DNA of 60,570 bases from Clostridiales bacterium (lineage in GTDB: Bacteria; Bacillota; Clostridia; Lachnospirales; CAMVHY01): positions 1-60,570 of the forward strand of contig JAISCN010000028.1 of assembly GCA_031265515.1 (NCBI GenBank). The letters are read 5' to 3'. The notes below the pieces were generated by a model. That model worked only from the letters and a program-made list of their open reading frames with translations, did not search any database and was not told where the DNA came from. Of this stretch, positions 39,405 through 50,393 are shown in pieces. Made by a program: the position numbers and the translations under genes. Every line of letters starts with the position of its first letter. Positions within the stretch are counted from its first letter, which is position 1.

Positions 39405-40964
39405 ATGTTTAAGAAAAAAATATTTTTACGAATAACTAGCGCCTTGATCGCCGCGTTATTCGTACTTAGCATTCTTAGTTTTCTTGACTTAAAACAATTT
39501 TTTAATAATCAATCTAATTTTGAATTAACTATATATCATACGAATGACACACACGCGCATATAAAAAACGAAGCTGTTTTAGCTAGTTTAATAAAGCAAA
39601 AAAAAACTGATGGAGAAAACGTTATAACGATATCTGCAGGAGATGCAATTGCAGGACATCCAGTTTCAGTTGATTCAAAAGGAAAAAATATTGTAGATAT
39701 ATTTAATGATGTAGGATATGACTATTTGACTCCTGGTAATCACGAATTTGATTTTGGATTAAAAAATTTAAAAAAATTAATTAGTGAAGCAAATTTTAAA
39801 TTTCTATCTGCAAATATAAAAGATAAAGATAATAATTATCTATTTGAACCATATGATTTAGTTGAAATAAACGGAATTAAAATAGGAATATTCGGCCTTA
39901 CAACTGTTGATACACCAATAAAAACTAATTTAAGCAACGGTGATAGCCCAAAAAATTTACTTTTTTTGGATCCAATCGATGTTTCAAAAGAGATGATAAG
40001 AGAATTAAAATCCAAGAATGCTGATATAATAATTGCTGTATCTCATCTAGGTTTAGATATAGATCCAAACTATAGAAAAAAATTTGTTAGCGAAACTAAA
40101 AATATTGATTTGATAATAGACGCGCATAGCCATACTAATCTAAGTAATGGCATAGAAATAGATAATACTTTGATAGTTCAAACTGGGGAACACGGAGAAA
40201 ATATAGGAGAAGTAAATTTAAAATTAAAGAAAAATAAAATAATTAAAAAAGCAAAAGTAATAAAAACCGAAAAAATAAAAATAAATCCAGAGGAAAATGT
40301 TTTAAAAAAAATGGATCAAACTACGGTAAAAAACTCTAATCACGAAAAACTTGTTTGCAAAATTGATTTTCAATTAATTGGAACAAGAAAAGATGTAAGA
40401 ACACACGATACGAATTTGACTAATTTAATTACTGATATAATTTTAAAGAAATCTCAAGCTGATTTGGTTTTATTAAATGCTGGTAATTTTAGAGAAAATA
40501 TTAATGCTGGAGAAGTGTATGAATCTAACATAAAAGATGCGCTGCCTTACAGTGATGATATAGTGGTCATTAAAGTTAAAGGTTCTGAAATATCAAAAGC
40601 ATTAGAGAATGGTATCAGTCATTACCCAAAGCCAGATGGTTCGTTTGCGCATATAGCAGGTGCAAAAACTTATTTTGATCCTGAAAAAGAAAATAAAGAA
40701 AAGATATTAAAAATAGTTTTTAACAAAACAAATGAAAATATTGATCCTGAAAAATATTATAGTTTAGCAACTTCTTATTTCTTGGCAAACAAAGGTGACA
40801 ATTATGATATTAATTATGACGATAAAAATGTTTTAACAATAGGAAATTTAAAAGATATAGTAATTAATTTTTTAAATTTGCATGCTAATGATAAAAGTAT
40901 CATGAATAATTACAAAAGATGCAAAGAACGAATTATAGATGTAAAAAAAATTGATCAAAATTGA
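39405..40964 (+). CDS. secreted bifunctional metallophosphatase / 5'-nucleotidase (UshA/CpdB family)
   Basis: 519 aa with a signal-anchor N-terminus. 'YHTNDTHAH', 'GDAIAGHP', 'GNHEFD', 'VSHLG', 'DAHSH', followed by the 5'-nucleotidase C-terminal domain. Confidence 0.9.
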   Translation: MFKKKIFLRITSALIAALFVLSILSFLDLKQFFNNQSNFELTIYHTNDTHAHIKNEAVLASLIKQKKTDGENVITISAGDAIAGHPVSVDSKGKNIVDIFNDVGYDYLTPGNHEFDFGLKNLKKLISEANFKFLSANIKDKDNNYLFEPYDLVEINGIKIGIFGLTTVDTPIKTNLSNGDSPKNLLFLDPIDVSKEMIRELKSKNADIIIAVSHLGLDIDPNYRKKFVSETKNIDLIIDAHSHTNLSNGIEIDNTLIVQTGEHGENIGEVNLKLKKNKIIKKAKVIKTEKIKINPEENVLKKMDQTTVKNSNHEKLVCKIDFQLIGTRKDVRTHDTNLTNLITDIILKKSQADLVLLNAGNFRENINAGEVYESNIKDALPYSDDIVVIKVKGSEISKALENGISHYPKPDGSFAHIAGAKTYFDPEKENKEKILKIVFNKTNENIDPEKYYSLATSYFLANKGDNYDINYDDKNVLTIGNLKDIVINFLNLHANDKSIMNNYKRCKERIIDVKKIDQN

Positions 40965-41035
40965 TTTCAATTAAATTTTCACTCATAATTTGCACATAGT
41001 AGTAGCAGAATTATTAAAATTGAATAGTATCTTAT

Positions 41036-41188
41036 ATGTGTCATAGAGATAGAAATAAATTTATAATTATAGGTATGATGTTATTTTTTACGGGACTGGG
41101 AATGTTTATTTCGCTTGTAGTTCCGTCGTGCGAGTATGTTTTAGCAGTAATAATGATAATACTTGGAGCATGGCTTTTATTTTTTTAA
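41036..41188 (+). CDS. possible small membrane protein (50 aa)
   Basis: Read by hand: MCHRDRNKFIIIGMMLFFTGLGMFISLVVPSCEYVLAVIMIILGAWLLFF*. Two hydrophobic spans. Locally GC-richer than the flanks. No clear RBS. Confidence 0.3.
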   Translation: MCHRDRNKFIIIGMMLFFTGLGMFISLVVPSCEYVLAVIMIILGAWLLFF

Positions 41189-41391
41189 CATATCGTTTAT
41201 TTATATTATTTTTCAAATCATTTTTATATTCGAAATATACGAACCACGAAATGATTTTAAAAAATTTTTTGAACATGTTTATAAAAAAATTTAATTAAAC
41301 AACTTTTCTAAAAAAATGAATCACTTATCTAGTGACAAAACAGAAAAAAACTAACAAAAATTTATCTTAATTATTAAAAAATAATAAATTT

Positions 41392-41599
41392 AAAAAAATA
41401 ATTTGTGTTTTTGATAATAACTTTAAAACCAATCATAAAGACTTTCTTTGTTGTGACAAAGTATTAAACACAGAAATAAACTTATACAGCGCTATTATAA
41501 TTAAGTCAATATAACAAAAAATCAATAAAAAAGCTTTATATCAAATTACAACTCGAAAACTTTTTTCTCTCTTTTTAATATAATACTTCTCAGCAAATG
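41392..41599 (+). repeat. intergenic repeat of about 205 bp, copy B (partner at 34597-34801)
   Basis: See copy A. It lies about 55 nt from the 3' end of the minus-strand tRNA cluster. Confidence 0.85.
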
Positions 41600-41655
41600 T
41601 ATATTATGCAATATCAAAAACTTCATATAAAAACATAACTGACATAATTAAGTAG

Positions 41656-41729
41656 TGGGCTTTCAGGGACTCGAACCCCGGACCGATCGGTTATGAGCCG
41701 ACTGCTCTGACCAACTGAGCTAAAAGCCC
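41656..41729 (-). tRNA. tRNA with CAU anticodon (elongator Met, or Ile2 if lysidine-modified)
   Basis: Reverse strand: GGGCTTT-TA-GCTC..GAGC-A-GTCGG-CTCATAA-CCGAT-..-CGGGG-TTCGAGT-CCCTG-AAAGCCC-A. It lacks initiator features. Confidence 0.88.
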
Positions 41730-41737
41730 AAAAAAAA

Positions 41738-41811
<74 letters not shown>

Positions 41812-41889
41812 GTATTAAAAAAAACAAAAAAAGCTCTAAACCAAAACAAAAACACATATTACATAAACAATTAAAAGAAAAACATAAAC

Positions 41890-41962
41890 AGCCGATAACC
41901 GGACTCGAACCGATAACCTGCTGATTACAAATCAGCTGCTCTACCAGTTGAGCTACATCGGC
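41890..41962 (-). tRNA. tRNA-Thr (UGU)
   Basis: Reverse strand: GCCGATG-TA-GCTC..GAGC-A-GCTGA-TTTGTAA-TCAGC-..-ATCGG-TTCGAGT-CCGGT-TATCGGC-T. Confidence 0.9.
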
Positions 41963-42084
41963 ATAATTGCACGAAAACAAATCACGATTACTGATTACTC
42001 CCAACTTATTTATAATAAATTATTAAATTATTTATTGTCAATTATTTTTTTAAAACAAATTTTGATTTATCGTATAATTTAAAA

Positions 42085-42954
42085 ATGAAACATATCCCGG
42101 TATTGCTTAAAGAATCTATTGATAATTTGAAAATTAAACCTGATGGCATATATGTGGACAGTACAGTCGGATGCGGTGGTCATGCAGAAGTTATTGCATC
42201 TAAACTTTCAAGACAGGGAAAATTAATTTGTGTAGACAGAGATGAAATCGCAATAAAAGAAGCTAAAAAAAAACTAGTTAATTTTAATTGTGAAATTTAT
42301 TTTTTTCATGACAATTTTTATAATATAAGTAACATTTGCTGTTGTGCAGATGGGATTTTATTTGATTTAGGTATTTGCTCTTTGCAAATTAGCGACTGCA
42401 ATCGAGGGTTTTCTTATATAAATGATGGTCCATTAGACATGAGAATGGATAAAAGAGATAGAGTAACAGCCTTTGAAATTATCAATAATTTTCCGGAAAA
42501 AGCACTTAATAAAATAATAAAAGAATATGGCGAAGAAAGATTTTATAAACTTATAGTTAAAAAAATTTTAGATTATCGTAGTAAAAAGAAAATTGAAAGT
42601 ACATTAGAATTTGCTGATATTATCAAAAATGCTGTGCCAAAGAAAATTTTATATAAATCAAATCCAGCAAAAAAAACTTTTCAAGCAATCAGAATTTTTG
42701 TTAACTATGAATTGAGCATTCTTGAAGAATCTATAATAAAATCTAGCAGTATTTTAAATAATCAGGGAAAAATTTGTGTAATAACATTTCATTCTTTAGA
42801 AGATAGAATTATCAAGCATAGTTTTAAAAAGATATGTCTTGATGATAAAAATTTTGATATCGTGACAAAAAAAGCAATATATCCTTGCCTTGAAGAAATA
42901 AATTCTAATTCGAGATCACATAGCGCCAAACTCCGTGTTCTAGAAAAAAAATAA
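42085..42954 (+). CDS. rsmH: 16S rRNA (cytosine1402-N4)-methyltransferase
   Basis: 289 aa. 'HIPVLLKESI', 'DSTVGCGGHA', 'DLGICSLQ', 'FHSLEDRI'. Confidence 0.95.
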   Translation: MKHIPVLLKESIDNLKIKPDGIYVDSTVGCGGHAEVIASKLSRQGKLICVDRDEIAIKEAKKKLVNFNCEIYFFHDNFYNISNICCCADGILFDLGICSLQISDCNRGFSYINDGPLDMRMDKRDRVTAFEIINNFPEKALNKIIKEYGEERFYKLIVKKILDYRSKKKIESTLEFADIIKNAVPKKILYKSNPAKKTFQAIRIFVNYELSILEESIIKSSSILNNQGKICVITFHSLEDRIIKHSFKKICLDDKNFDIVTKKAIYPCLEEINSNSRSHSAKLRVLEKK

Positions 42955-42967
42955 TTTTTAAAAATTT

Positions 42968-43330
42968 TTGGGGATGTTATTGATTAAAAGAAAACAAAAA
43001 AATTATTATCAATATGATTCTAACGCTCGAAAAATAAATAATTATACATATGATATAGAAGAATATAAGTTAGATATCTTTGAAGATCAAGATAAAAAAG
43101 CAAAAACAAAAACAAAAAGCAAAGTAAAATTGCTGTTTGTTTTGTTTGTTGCGTCAATTTTTTTTAGTTTATTATCTAATCTAATCTTATGTTGCTTAAT
43201 AAATATAAAAAATTATGAGACTATAAAATTGCAAAAGGAATTTGAAAGAATTAATTCGATAAATATAGCCCTAAAAGAAGAAATAATCAATCCAATTTTT
43301 CGTGTACCAGATTTGATTCCTTCAAACTAG
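42968..43330 (+). CDS. ftsL: cell-division protein FtsL-like (by position and architecture)
   Basis: 120 aa, immediately after rsmH. Basic N-terminus, a single TM segment ('LLFVLFVASIFFSLLSNLILCCL'), then a short heptad region 'LQKEFERINSINIALKEEI'. The start codon is uncertain. Confidence 0.55.
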   Translation: MGMLLIKRKQKNYYQYDSNARKINNYTYDIEEYKLDIFEDQDKKAKTKTKSKVKLLFVLFVASIFFSLLSNLILCCLINIKNYETIKLQKEFERINSINIALKEEIINPIFRVPDLIPSN

Positions 43331-43482
43331 ATTAAATTATATTAAACACATATCGAAAACCAAGATTTTAGCATATTTAATTTTTTATTCTGTTTTATTA
43401 AAAATTTAAATCACTAACATGTATATTTTTTTTGTATACAGGATTTTTTTGAGTCAAAAATCACTTTCGGGAGAGTGTTTTA

Positions 43483-44274
43483 ATGACAAATATAAATAAA
43501 GAGAAAAAAATAAACACAACGATATACATTGCTTCTTTTATCGTCATCAGTATTTTATGTGTTATTACTATAAACAATATTAAGACAAAAAAAATAAATG
43601 AAAAAAAAATTATAGCAGAAAAAAACGAAGTACAAAAATCCGATGCAATTCCGGTGCTTAAAGACACGACATACGATTATATAGCTCCAAGCGATAAAAA
43701 AAAATATAAAAATAACACAAGCGAAAAAAACAAAATAATTTTACGTACTGATGTAGAAACAAATGATTTTTTTATAAAAGATAACTTAGAAAATAAAAAT
43801 ATTAATCAAGATGAACAACAAAATAAAAAATTATTTGTAAGTTTTGATGATAAAATAAACAAGATGAGTTGGCCAATAAACGGAAAAATCATAATGAATT
43901 TTAGTAAAAATAGTTTAATTTATGATAAAACGCTTGAACAGTATCGTACAAACGAATCTATTAGTATTTCATCGCAATTTGGAGATCAAGTAAAATGTGT
44001 CGCAGATGGTATTGTAAAATTAATTTCTAAAACAGATGAAGATGGAAATTTAATCGTTATTGATCACGGCAATGATTGGTCGACAGTATATTCTCAATTA
44101 CAAGATGGTATTTTAGTTAAACAAGGAGATTTAGTAAAACGTAGTCAAATAATTGGTGGTATAAATAAACCGACTAAATACAGTGTTTTGCTAGGAACGC
44201 ACTTGGGTTTTAAAGTCATTCATAAAGATAACAGCATCAACCCTAGCAATATTCTAACAACTCTAGAGAGTTAA
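43483..44274 (+). CDS. membrane-anchored protein with a degenerate (probably non-catalytic) LytM/M23 domain
   Basis: 263 aa with an N-terminal TM segment. The M23 fold signature 'VKCVADGIVKLISKTDEDGNLIVIDHGNDWSTVYSQL..VKQGDLVKRSQIIG..GTHLGFKV' is present. The metal ligands are replaced: HxxxD is absent, 'YSQL' stands for YxHL, and 'HLGF' stands for HLHF. Confidence 0.75.
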   Translation: MTNINKEKKINTTIYIASFIVISILCVITINNIKTKKINEKKIIAEKNEVQKSDAIPVLKDTTYDYIAPSDKKKYKNNTSEKNKIILRTDVETNDFFIKDNLENKNINQDEQQNKKLFVSFDDKINKMSWPINGKIIMNFSKNSLIYDKTLEQYRTNESISISSQFGDQVKCVADGIVKLISKTDEDGNLIVIDHGNDWSTVYSQLQDGILVKQGDLVKRSQIIGGINKPTKYSVLLGTHLGFKVIHKDNSINPSNILTTLES

Positions 44275-44342
44275 ATTAAAATAAATATCTACCAAATTTT
44301 CTCACTTGACTAAAAAAATTATAAAAACAAAAATAAAAAATT

Positions 44343-44373
44343 AAAACATCTCAATCGTTCGAGATGTTTTTTT
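44343..44373. terminator. bidirectional rho-independent terminator between convergent genes
   Basis: aaaacatctc (44343-44352) pairs with gagatgtttt (44361-44370), with an 8-nt loop. The stem is flanked by A-runs and T-runs. Confidence 0.7.
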
Positions 44374-44397
44374 AAATATAAAATCTAAAATTAAAAA

Positions 44398-44772
44398 CTA
44401 AACGATTACACAACTTACAATAAATTTATACGCCCAATGATTTTTATCTAAATCTATAAAAATATTTTCTTTATCGTTTATATCTCTTTTAAAAACTTTC
44501 GTAATCATAACGATAGATTCGGCTCTTGTGATATTATCCTGAGGTTTAAAGTTTTTAAAATCATATCCGTTTATAAAATTATTCGATGCGAGTTGTTTTA
44601 TAGATTTTTCTGCAAAATTATTTTCGATATCTTCGAAGTTCGTATCGTATTTTCCTAAAATTAAAATTTTATTTTTATCAGCATAGTTATTCAAAACATT
44701 AAAAATTAATTGAGAAAATTCAGCACGTGTAATTTTTTCGTTCGGATTAAATTTATTTTCAATAATAATTAT
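44398..44772 (-). pseudogene. remnant of an SLH (S-layer homology) domain protein
   Basis: The open frame (stop at 44773-44775) reads '..KFNPNEKITRAEFSQLIFNVL..FEDIENNFAEKSIKQLASNNFINGYDFKNFKPQDNITRAESIVMITKVF..DLDKNHWAYKFIV'. That is one partial, one complete and one partial SLH repeat. There is no signal peptide, no effector domain, and only a TTG internal start. Confidence 0.55.
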
Positions 44773-44859
44773 CTATTCTGGTCTATATATCAATATTTTC
44801 TTAGTCCATTCACAATAATAACAATTTTATTCTAGATATTTTTTGAAAAAATCAGAAAC

Positions 44860-46635
44860 CTATTTTTTTAACTCTATTACTAGATCGTTATATTTATCCA
44901 AAGTTTTATCAATAAAATCAGGATTTGATAAATCAAAACCGGTTTTTTTTATTATTTCATGCGTATAATCTTTTGAGCCACTTTTTAAAAATTCTAAATA
45001 AAAATCTTTATCTCCAGATAAAATCCTTTCTGCAAAACCATAAGCAATAGAAAAGCCAGTTGCATATTGATAAACATAAAAAGAGTTATAAAAGTGTGGT
45101 ACTCGAGCCCATTCAAAATCTGATTTATCATCAAACTCAACTGCTTCGCCATGATATTTTTTATTTAATTTTCTATATATTTTGTTTATATATTCAAAAG
45201 TTAATGGTTCACCTTCTTCTGCTAATTCGTGTATTTTTAATTCAAATTCAGCAAACATAGTTTGACGATAAATTGTGCGTCTAAATTCTTCACAAAAATG
45301 ATTTTTTAAATAATCCGTCATATCATTATCATTTTTATATTTATCTAAAAAATAATTAATCAATAATATTTCGTTTACAGTAGAAGCTATTTCAGCTAAA
45401 AATATAGTATAATGAGAATATAGATAATCTTGATTTGACCAAGAATAAGAGCTATGCATTGCATGACCTAATTCATGTGCTAACGTGAAAACATCGTTTA
45501 ATTTATTGTTATAATTTAACAAAACAAATGGATGACAACCATATGCACCCCAAGAATATGCGCCAGATCTTTTATTTTTATTTTCGTATACATCTATCCA
45601 ACTTTTATTAAATGCATCTGATAACTTTACAGCATAGTCGTCGCCAAGTGGTTTAAGAGCCTCGATAACTATACTTTTCGCCTCTTCGTAGCCAATTTCT
45701 AACTTTATTTTTTTAAAAATTGGCACATATAGATCAAAAGCTTTTAATTTTTCTAAACCTAATTTTTCTCTTCTAAATTCGAGATATCTATGTAAGATGT
45801 CAAGACGATTATTTACTTTCTTTATTAAATCTTTATAAATATTGTCTGGTAAGTTAAAAGAGAATAATTCAGAAGAAAGCGAAGAATTGAATTTTCTAGT
45901 TCTTGAAAAGAATACATCAGACTTTATACTAGAGCTAAATATAGCAGTAATAGCATATTTTCTCGATAAAAAAGGATTATAATAATTATTATATGCCTGC
46001 TCTCGAATTTCTCTATCGTGATTTTCTAAAAAAGTTAAAAAATTACCGTGTGTTAATTTATGCTTTATATTATTGTCTTTATAATCAATTACTGGATCAA
46101 ATTTAATATCAGCATTGTTCAACATACTAAAAATATTGTCATAAGAACTAGCATAATCCCCAGCGTTTGCTAAAATTTTTTCTATCTCAGGACTCAAAAC
46201 ATGTCCTTTTAGTCTAATTAAATTATCTATGTAATGCTTATACTTGACGTTTTTTTCTGATAGATTTCTTAAATAACTTTCTTCTAAGCTAAGTAATTCT
46301 GGTTCAATAAAAGAAATTGCAGCATTAAATTCGACTTTTAATATGTCTGCTTCACCACTTAATGCTTGATAATATCTATTTTGCGTGTCTTGATGCAAAC
46401 GCATATTAGAATACACTAAAAATTTTTCAAATTTTTGACTTAATTCTAAAAATAACTCGAGTGCCTGTTCTAATTTTTCTAAATTATTTAATTGACCTTT
46501 AAATTTTTTAATATCTAAAAGACTTTTTTTAATCTTTCTAAAACCAACTTGACAAATTTCGTCTGACCCTACTAAATCTTCTAATGCCCACTTAAATTTA
46601 TCATCTGTTTCTATTCTTGATCTCGTTCGAATCAC
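44860..46635 (-). CDS. pepF: oligoendopeptidase F (M3B)
   Basis: 591 aa with GTG start after GAGGAG. Zinc motif 'HELGHAMHS' and typical PepF length and layout. Confidence 0.9.
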   Translation of the reverse strand: MIRTRSRIETDDKFKWALEDLVGSDEICQVGFRKIKKSLLDIKKFKGQLNNLEKLEQALELFLELSQKFEKFLVYSNMRLHQDTQNRYYQALSGEADILKVEFNAAISFIEPELLSLEESYLRNLSEKNVKYKHYIDNLIRLKGHVLSPEIEKILANAGDYASSYDNIFSMLNNADIKFDPVIDYKDNNIKHKLTHGNFLTFLENHDREIREQAYNNYYNPFLSRKYAITAIFSSSIKSDVFFSRTRKFNSSLSSELFSFNLPDNIYKDLIKKVNNRLDILHRYLEFRREKLGLEKLKAFDLYVPIFKKIKLEIGYEEAKSIVIEALKPLGDDYAVKLSDAFNKSWIDVYENKNKRSGAYSWGAYGCHPFVLLNYNNKLNDVFTLAHELGHAMHSSYSWSNQDYLYSHYTIFLAEIASTVNEILLINYFLDKYKNDNDMTDYLKNHFCEEFRRTIYRQTMFAEFELKIHELAEEGEPLTFEYINKIYRKLNKKYHGEAVEFDDKSDFEWARVPHFYNSFYVYQYATGFSIAYGFAERILSGDKDFYLEFLKSGSKDYTHEIIKKTGFDLSNPDFIDKTLDKYNDLVIELKK

Positions 46636-46719
46636 GCAATCTCCTCATAAATATAATTTATTTTGAAACATCAAAATAAAATAAAAAAACATATAAATAC
46701 AAAATAAAATTTTATTTTA

Positions 46720-48141
<1,422 letters not shown>

Positions 48142-48175
48142 TTAATCCTAAATAAAAAAATTAATATTAAAAAAA

Positions 48176-48943
48176 TCAGTTATTTATAATTTCTACCATC
48201 TGTTGAGTAATTTTATTTTGTCTTTCTCGATTATAATTTAACTTTAAATTGCTTATAATTTCTTTTGCACTATCCGATGCTGATTTCATGAATAGCATTC
48301 GAGCGCTATTCTCGCAAATATTGGATTCTACGATAGAAAAATAAATTTTTTCTTTTATATAATTTTTTACGAAAAAAAATAAAACGTCATCTTTGTTTGA
48401 ATCATATATTATTTGTCTTTTGTTATACTCATCAAATGGCAATAGTTTTTCGCAATATGGTTTTAAATTTGTTGCAGAAAAAAATTTATTATAAACAAGA
48501 TATATTTCACGATCTTTGTCAAAATCATTTAATAGCTTTTCTATAATATAATCTAATTTTGACAAATCATTAAAAAACTTATAGACGTTAACTTTATATT
48601 TTTTTGAGATTTTAAATCCCTGATCGCCAAAAATAATCACATTAGAATTTTCACTTTTATCATAAATATCTTTTGCAAATTTAAAAAGATTTAAATTAAA
48701 AGCACCACACAGACCTTTGTTGCTAGTTATTATTATTATATCTTTAAGTTTTTTTCTAAAATTATATTTATTAAAATCAAAATCTTTTTTTAAATTATCC
48801 AAAACGTAAATAAAATCTTTATATTTTTCAAAATAAACTTGTTCTTTTCTCAACTTTGTCATTGATATAATGCTCATAGCATCAGTAGTTTTTTTTATTT
48901 TATAAATACTTTTAAGTTTGCGCTTTATTTCTATTATATTTAT
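48176..48943 (-). CDS. atpG: F1 ATP synthase gamma subunit; start probably ATA 48943
   Basis: C-terminus 'NRERQNKITQQMVEIINN' (gamma signature). The track starts at ATG 48877. The canonical gamma N-terminus '(I)NIIEIKRKLKSIYKIKKTTDAMSIISMTKLRKEQ' is encoded in frame upstream with no ATG/GTG/TTG before the stop at 48971-48973. Confidence 0.85.
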   Translation of the reverse strand: MNIIEIKRKLKSIYKIKKTTDAMSIISMTKLRKEQVYFEKYKDFIYVLDNLKKDFDFNKYNFRKKLKDIIIITSNKGLCGAFNLNLFKFAKDIYDKSENSNVIIFGDQGFKISKKYKVNVYKFFNDLSKLDYIIEKLLNDFDKDREIYLVYNKFFSATNLKPYCEKLLPFDEYNKRQIIYDSNKDDVLFFFVKNYIKEKIYFSIVESNICENSARMLFMKSASDSAKEIISNLKLNYNRERQNKITQQMVEIINN

Positions 48944-49010
48944 AAAATCATCACACTTTTTATTTATTTTTTAGCGTTCAACATAAACAAAATATTTTAT
49001 CTATATTTTT

Positions 49011-50324
49011 TTATTTTCCAAACATATCAAAAATAGATTTTTTATTATTTCCAAACATTTTTAAAATTTTTTTAAAATCATTAAATTTTTTTAGTAAAAT
49101 ATTAACATCGTTAATTTTTTGTCCGGATCCAAGCGAAATTCTCTTTTTTCTAGGACCGTTAATAATATCAGGATTGGCTCTTTCTTTTGGAGTCATAGAC
49201 AAAATTATGGCGCTGTTTCTAAAAAAAGCTTTATCATCAAGTTGTGATTTACCTATCATTTGAGAAAAACCAGGTATCATACTCATAAAATTTTTAGATG
49301 ATCCTAGTTTTTTTAGGCTTTGCATTTGGTCGTAAAAATCTTGTAAATCAAAATCTTTTTTAGTAAAAGTTTTAACTGTCTTTTTTATATCTATGTTTTT
49401 TTCTATTTTTTCGATAACACCGACTACATCACCCATTCCAAGTATTCGTGATGCTATTCTGTCTGGAAAAAATTCTTCTAGGTCACTAACTTTTTCACCA
49501 GTGCCTATAAATTTAATTGGTTTTTTTGTAACAGATGTTATCGATAAAATCGAACCGCCTTTTGTATCGCTATCTAATTTAGTCATTATAACACTATCAA
49601 TTCCTACAGTGTTATTAAAATCTTTAGCAACATTAGCAGCTTCTTGGCCCATCATTGAATCTACTACTAAAAAAATTTCTTGAGGCCAAACTTTTCTTTT
49701 AATTTCTTTTAATTCATTCATCATATTTTCATCGACATTTAATCTACCCGCAGTATCTATTAACACACAATCAAAATTGTTTTTTAAAGCGTATTCTGTA
49801 CTAAGTTCAGCAATTTCTACTGGACTTTTGTTCTCTTTAAAAAAAACAAAAACATTATTATTTTCACCAAGTATTTTTAATTGATTTACGGCTGCTGGTC
49901 TATAAATATCACAAGCAACTAACATAACTTTTTTATTTATTTTTTTTAAATAAACAGCAAGTTTACAAGCATGAGTAGTTTTACCAGAACCCTGCAATCC
50001 AACCATCATGTATATAGTTAAATTATTCGAAAAACTTAATTTTGATTGAATAGAGCCCAAATCATTTACTAGTTCGTCATTTACGAATTTAATTATATGC
50101 TGTGACGGAGTAAGACTATTAATAATATTTTGATTAATTATTTTTTCTTTTATTTTTTTGATAAAATTTCTAGCAACTTCTAAATTTACATCAGCATCCA
50201 AAAAAGTGTTTTTAACATCGTTTAAAGTTTGTTCGATATCTTTTTCGCTTAATCTAGTCTTTTTATTTATCGATTCAAATATTTTCTGAAATTTATTTGA
50301 TATATTTTCAAAAAAAATTTTCAA
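49011..50324 (-). CDS. ffh: signal recognition particle protein Ffh
   Basis: 437 aa. 'GLQGSGKTT', 'DTAGR', 'TKLD', and a Met-rich M domain. AGAGGTG lies only 2 nt before TTG 50324 but 8 nt before ATT 50316-50318, which would give MFFENISNKFQ. Confidence 0.93.
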   Translation of the reverse strand: MKIFFENISNKFQKIFESINKKTRLSEKDIEQTLNDVKNTFLDADVNLEVARNFIKKIKEKIINQNIINSLTPSQHIIKFVNDELVNDLGSIQSKLSFSNNLTIYMMVGLQGSGKTTHACKLAVYLKKINKKVMLVACDIYRPAAVNQLKILGENNNVFVFFKENKSPVEIAELSTEYALKNNFDCVLIDTAGRLNVDENMMNELKEIKRKVWPQEIFLVVDSMMGQEAANVAKDFNNTVGIDSVIMTKLDSDTKGGSILSITSVTKKPIKFIGTGEKVSDLEEFFPDRIASRILGMGDVVGVIEKIEKNIDIKKTVKTFTKKDFDLQDFYDQMQSLKKLGSSKNFMSMIPGFSQMIGKSQLDDKAFFRNSAIILSMTPKERANPDIINGPRKKRISLGSGQKINDVNILLKKFNDFKKILKMFGNNKKSIFDMFGK

Positions 50325-50393
50325 GACACCTCTGTTCTTTATTATTATAAATAAAGTTAAGTTTATAAAAACTCTAAAACTAAAATATGCTTT

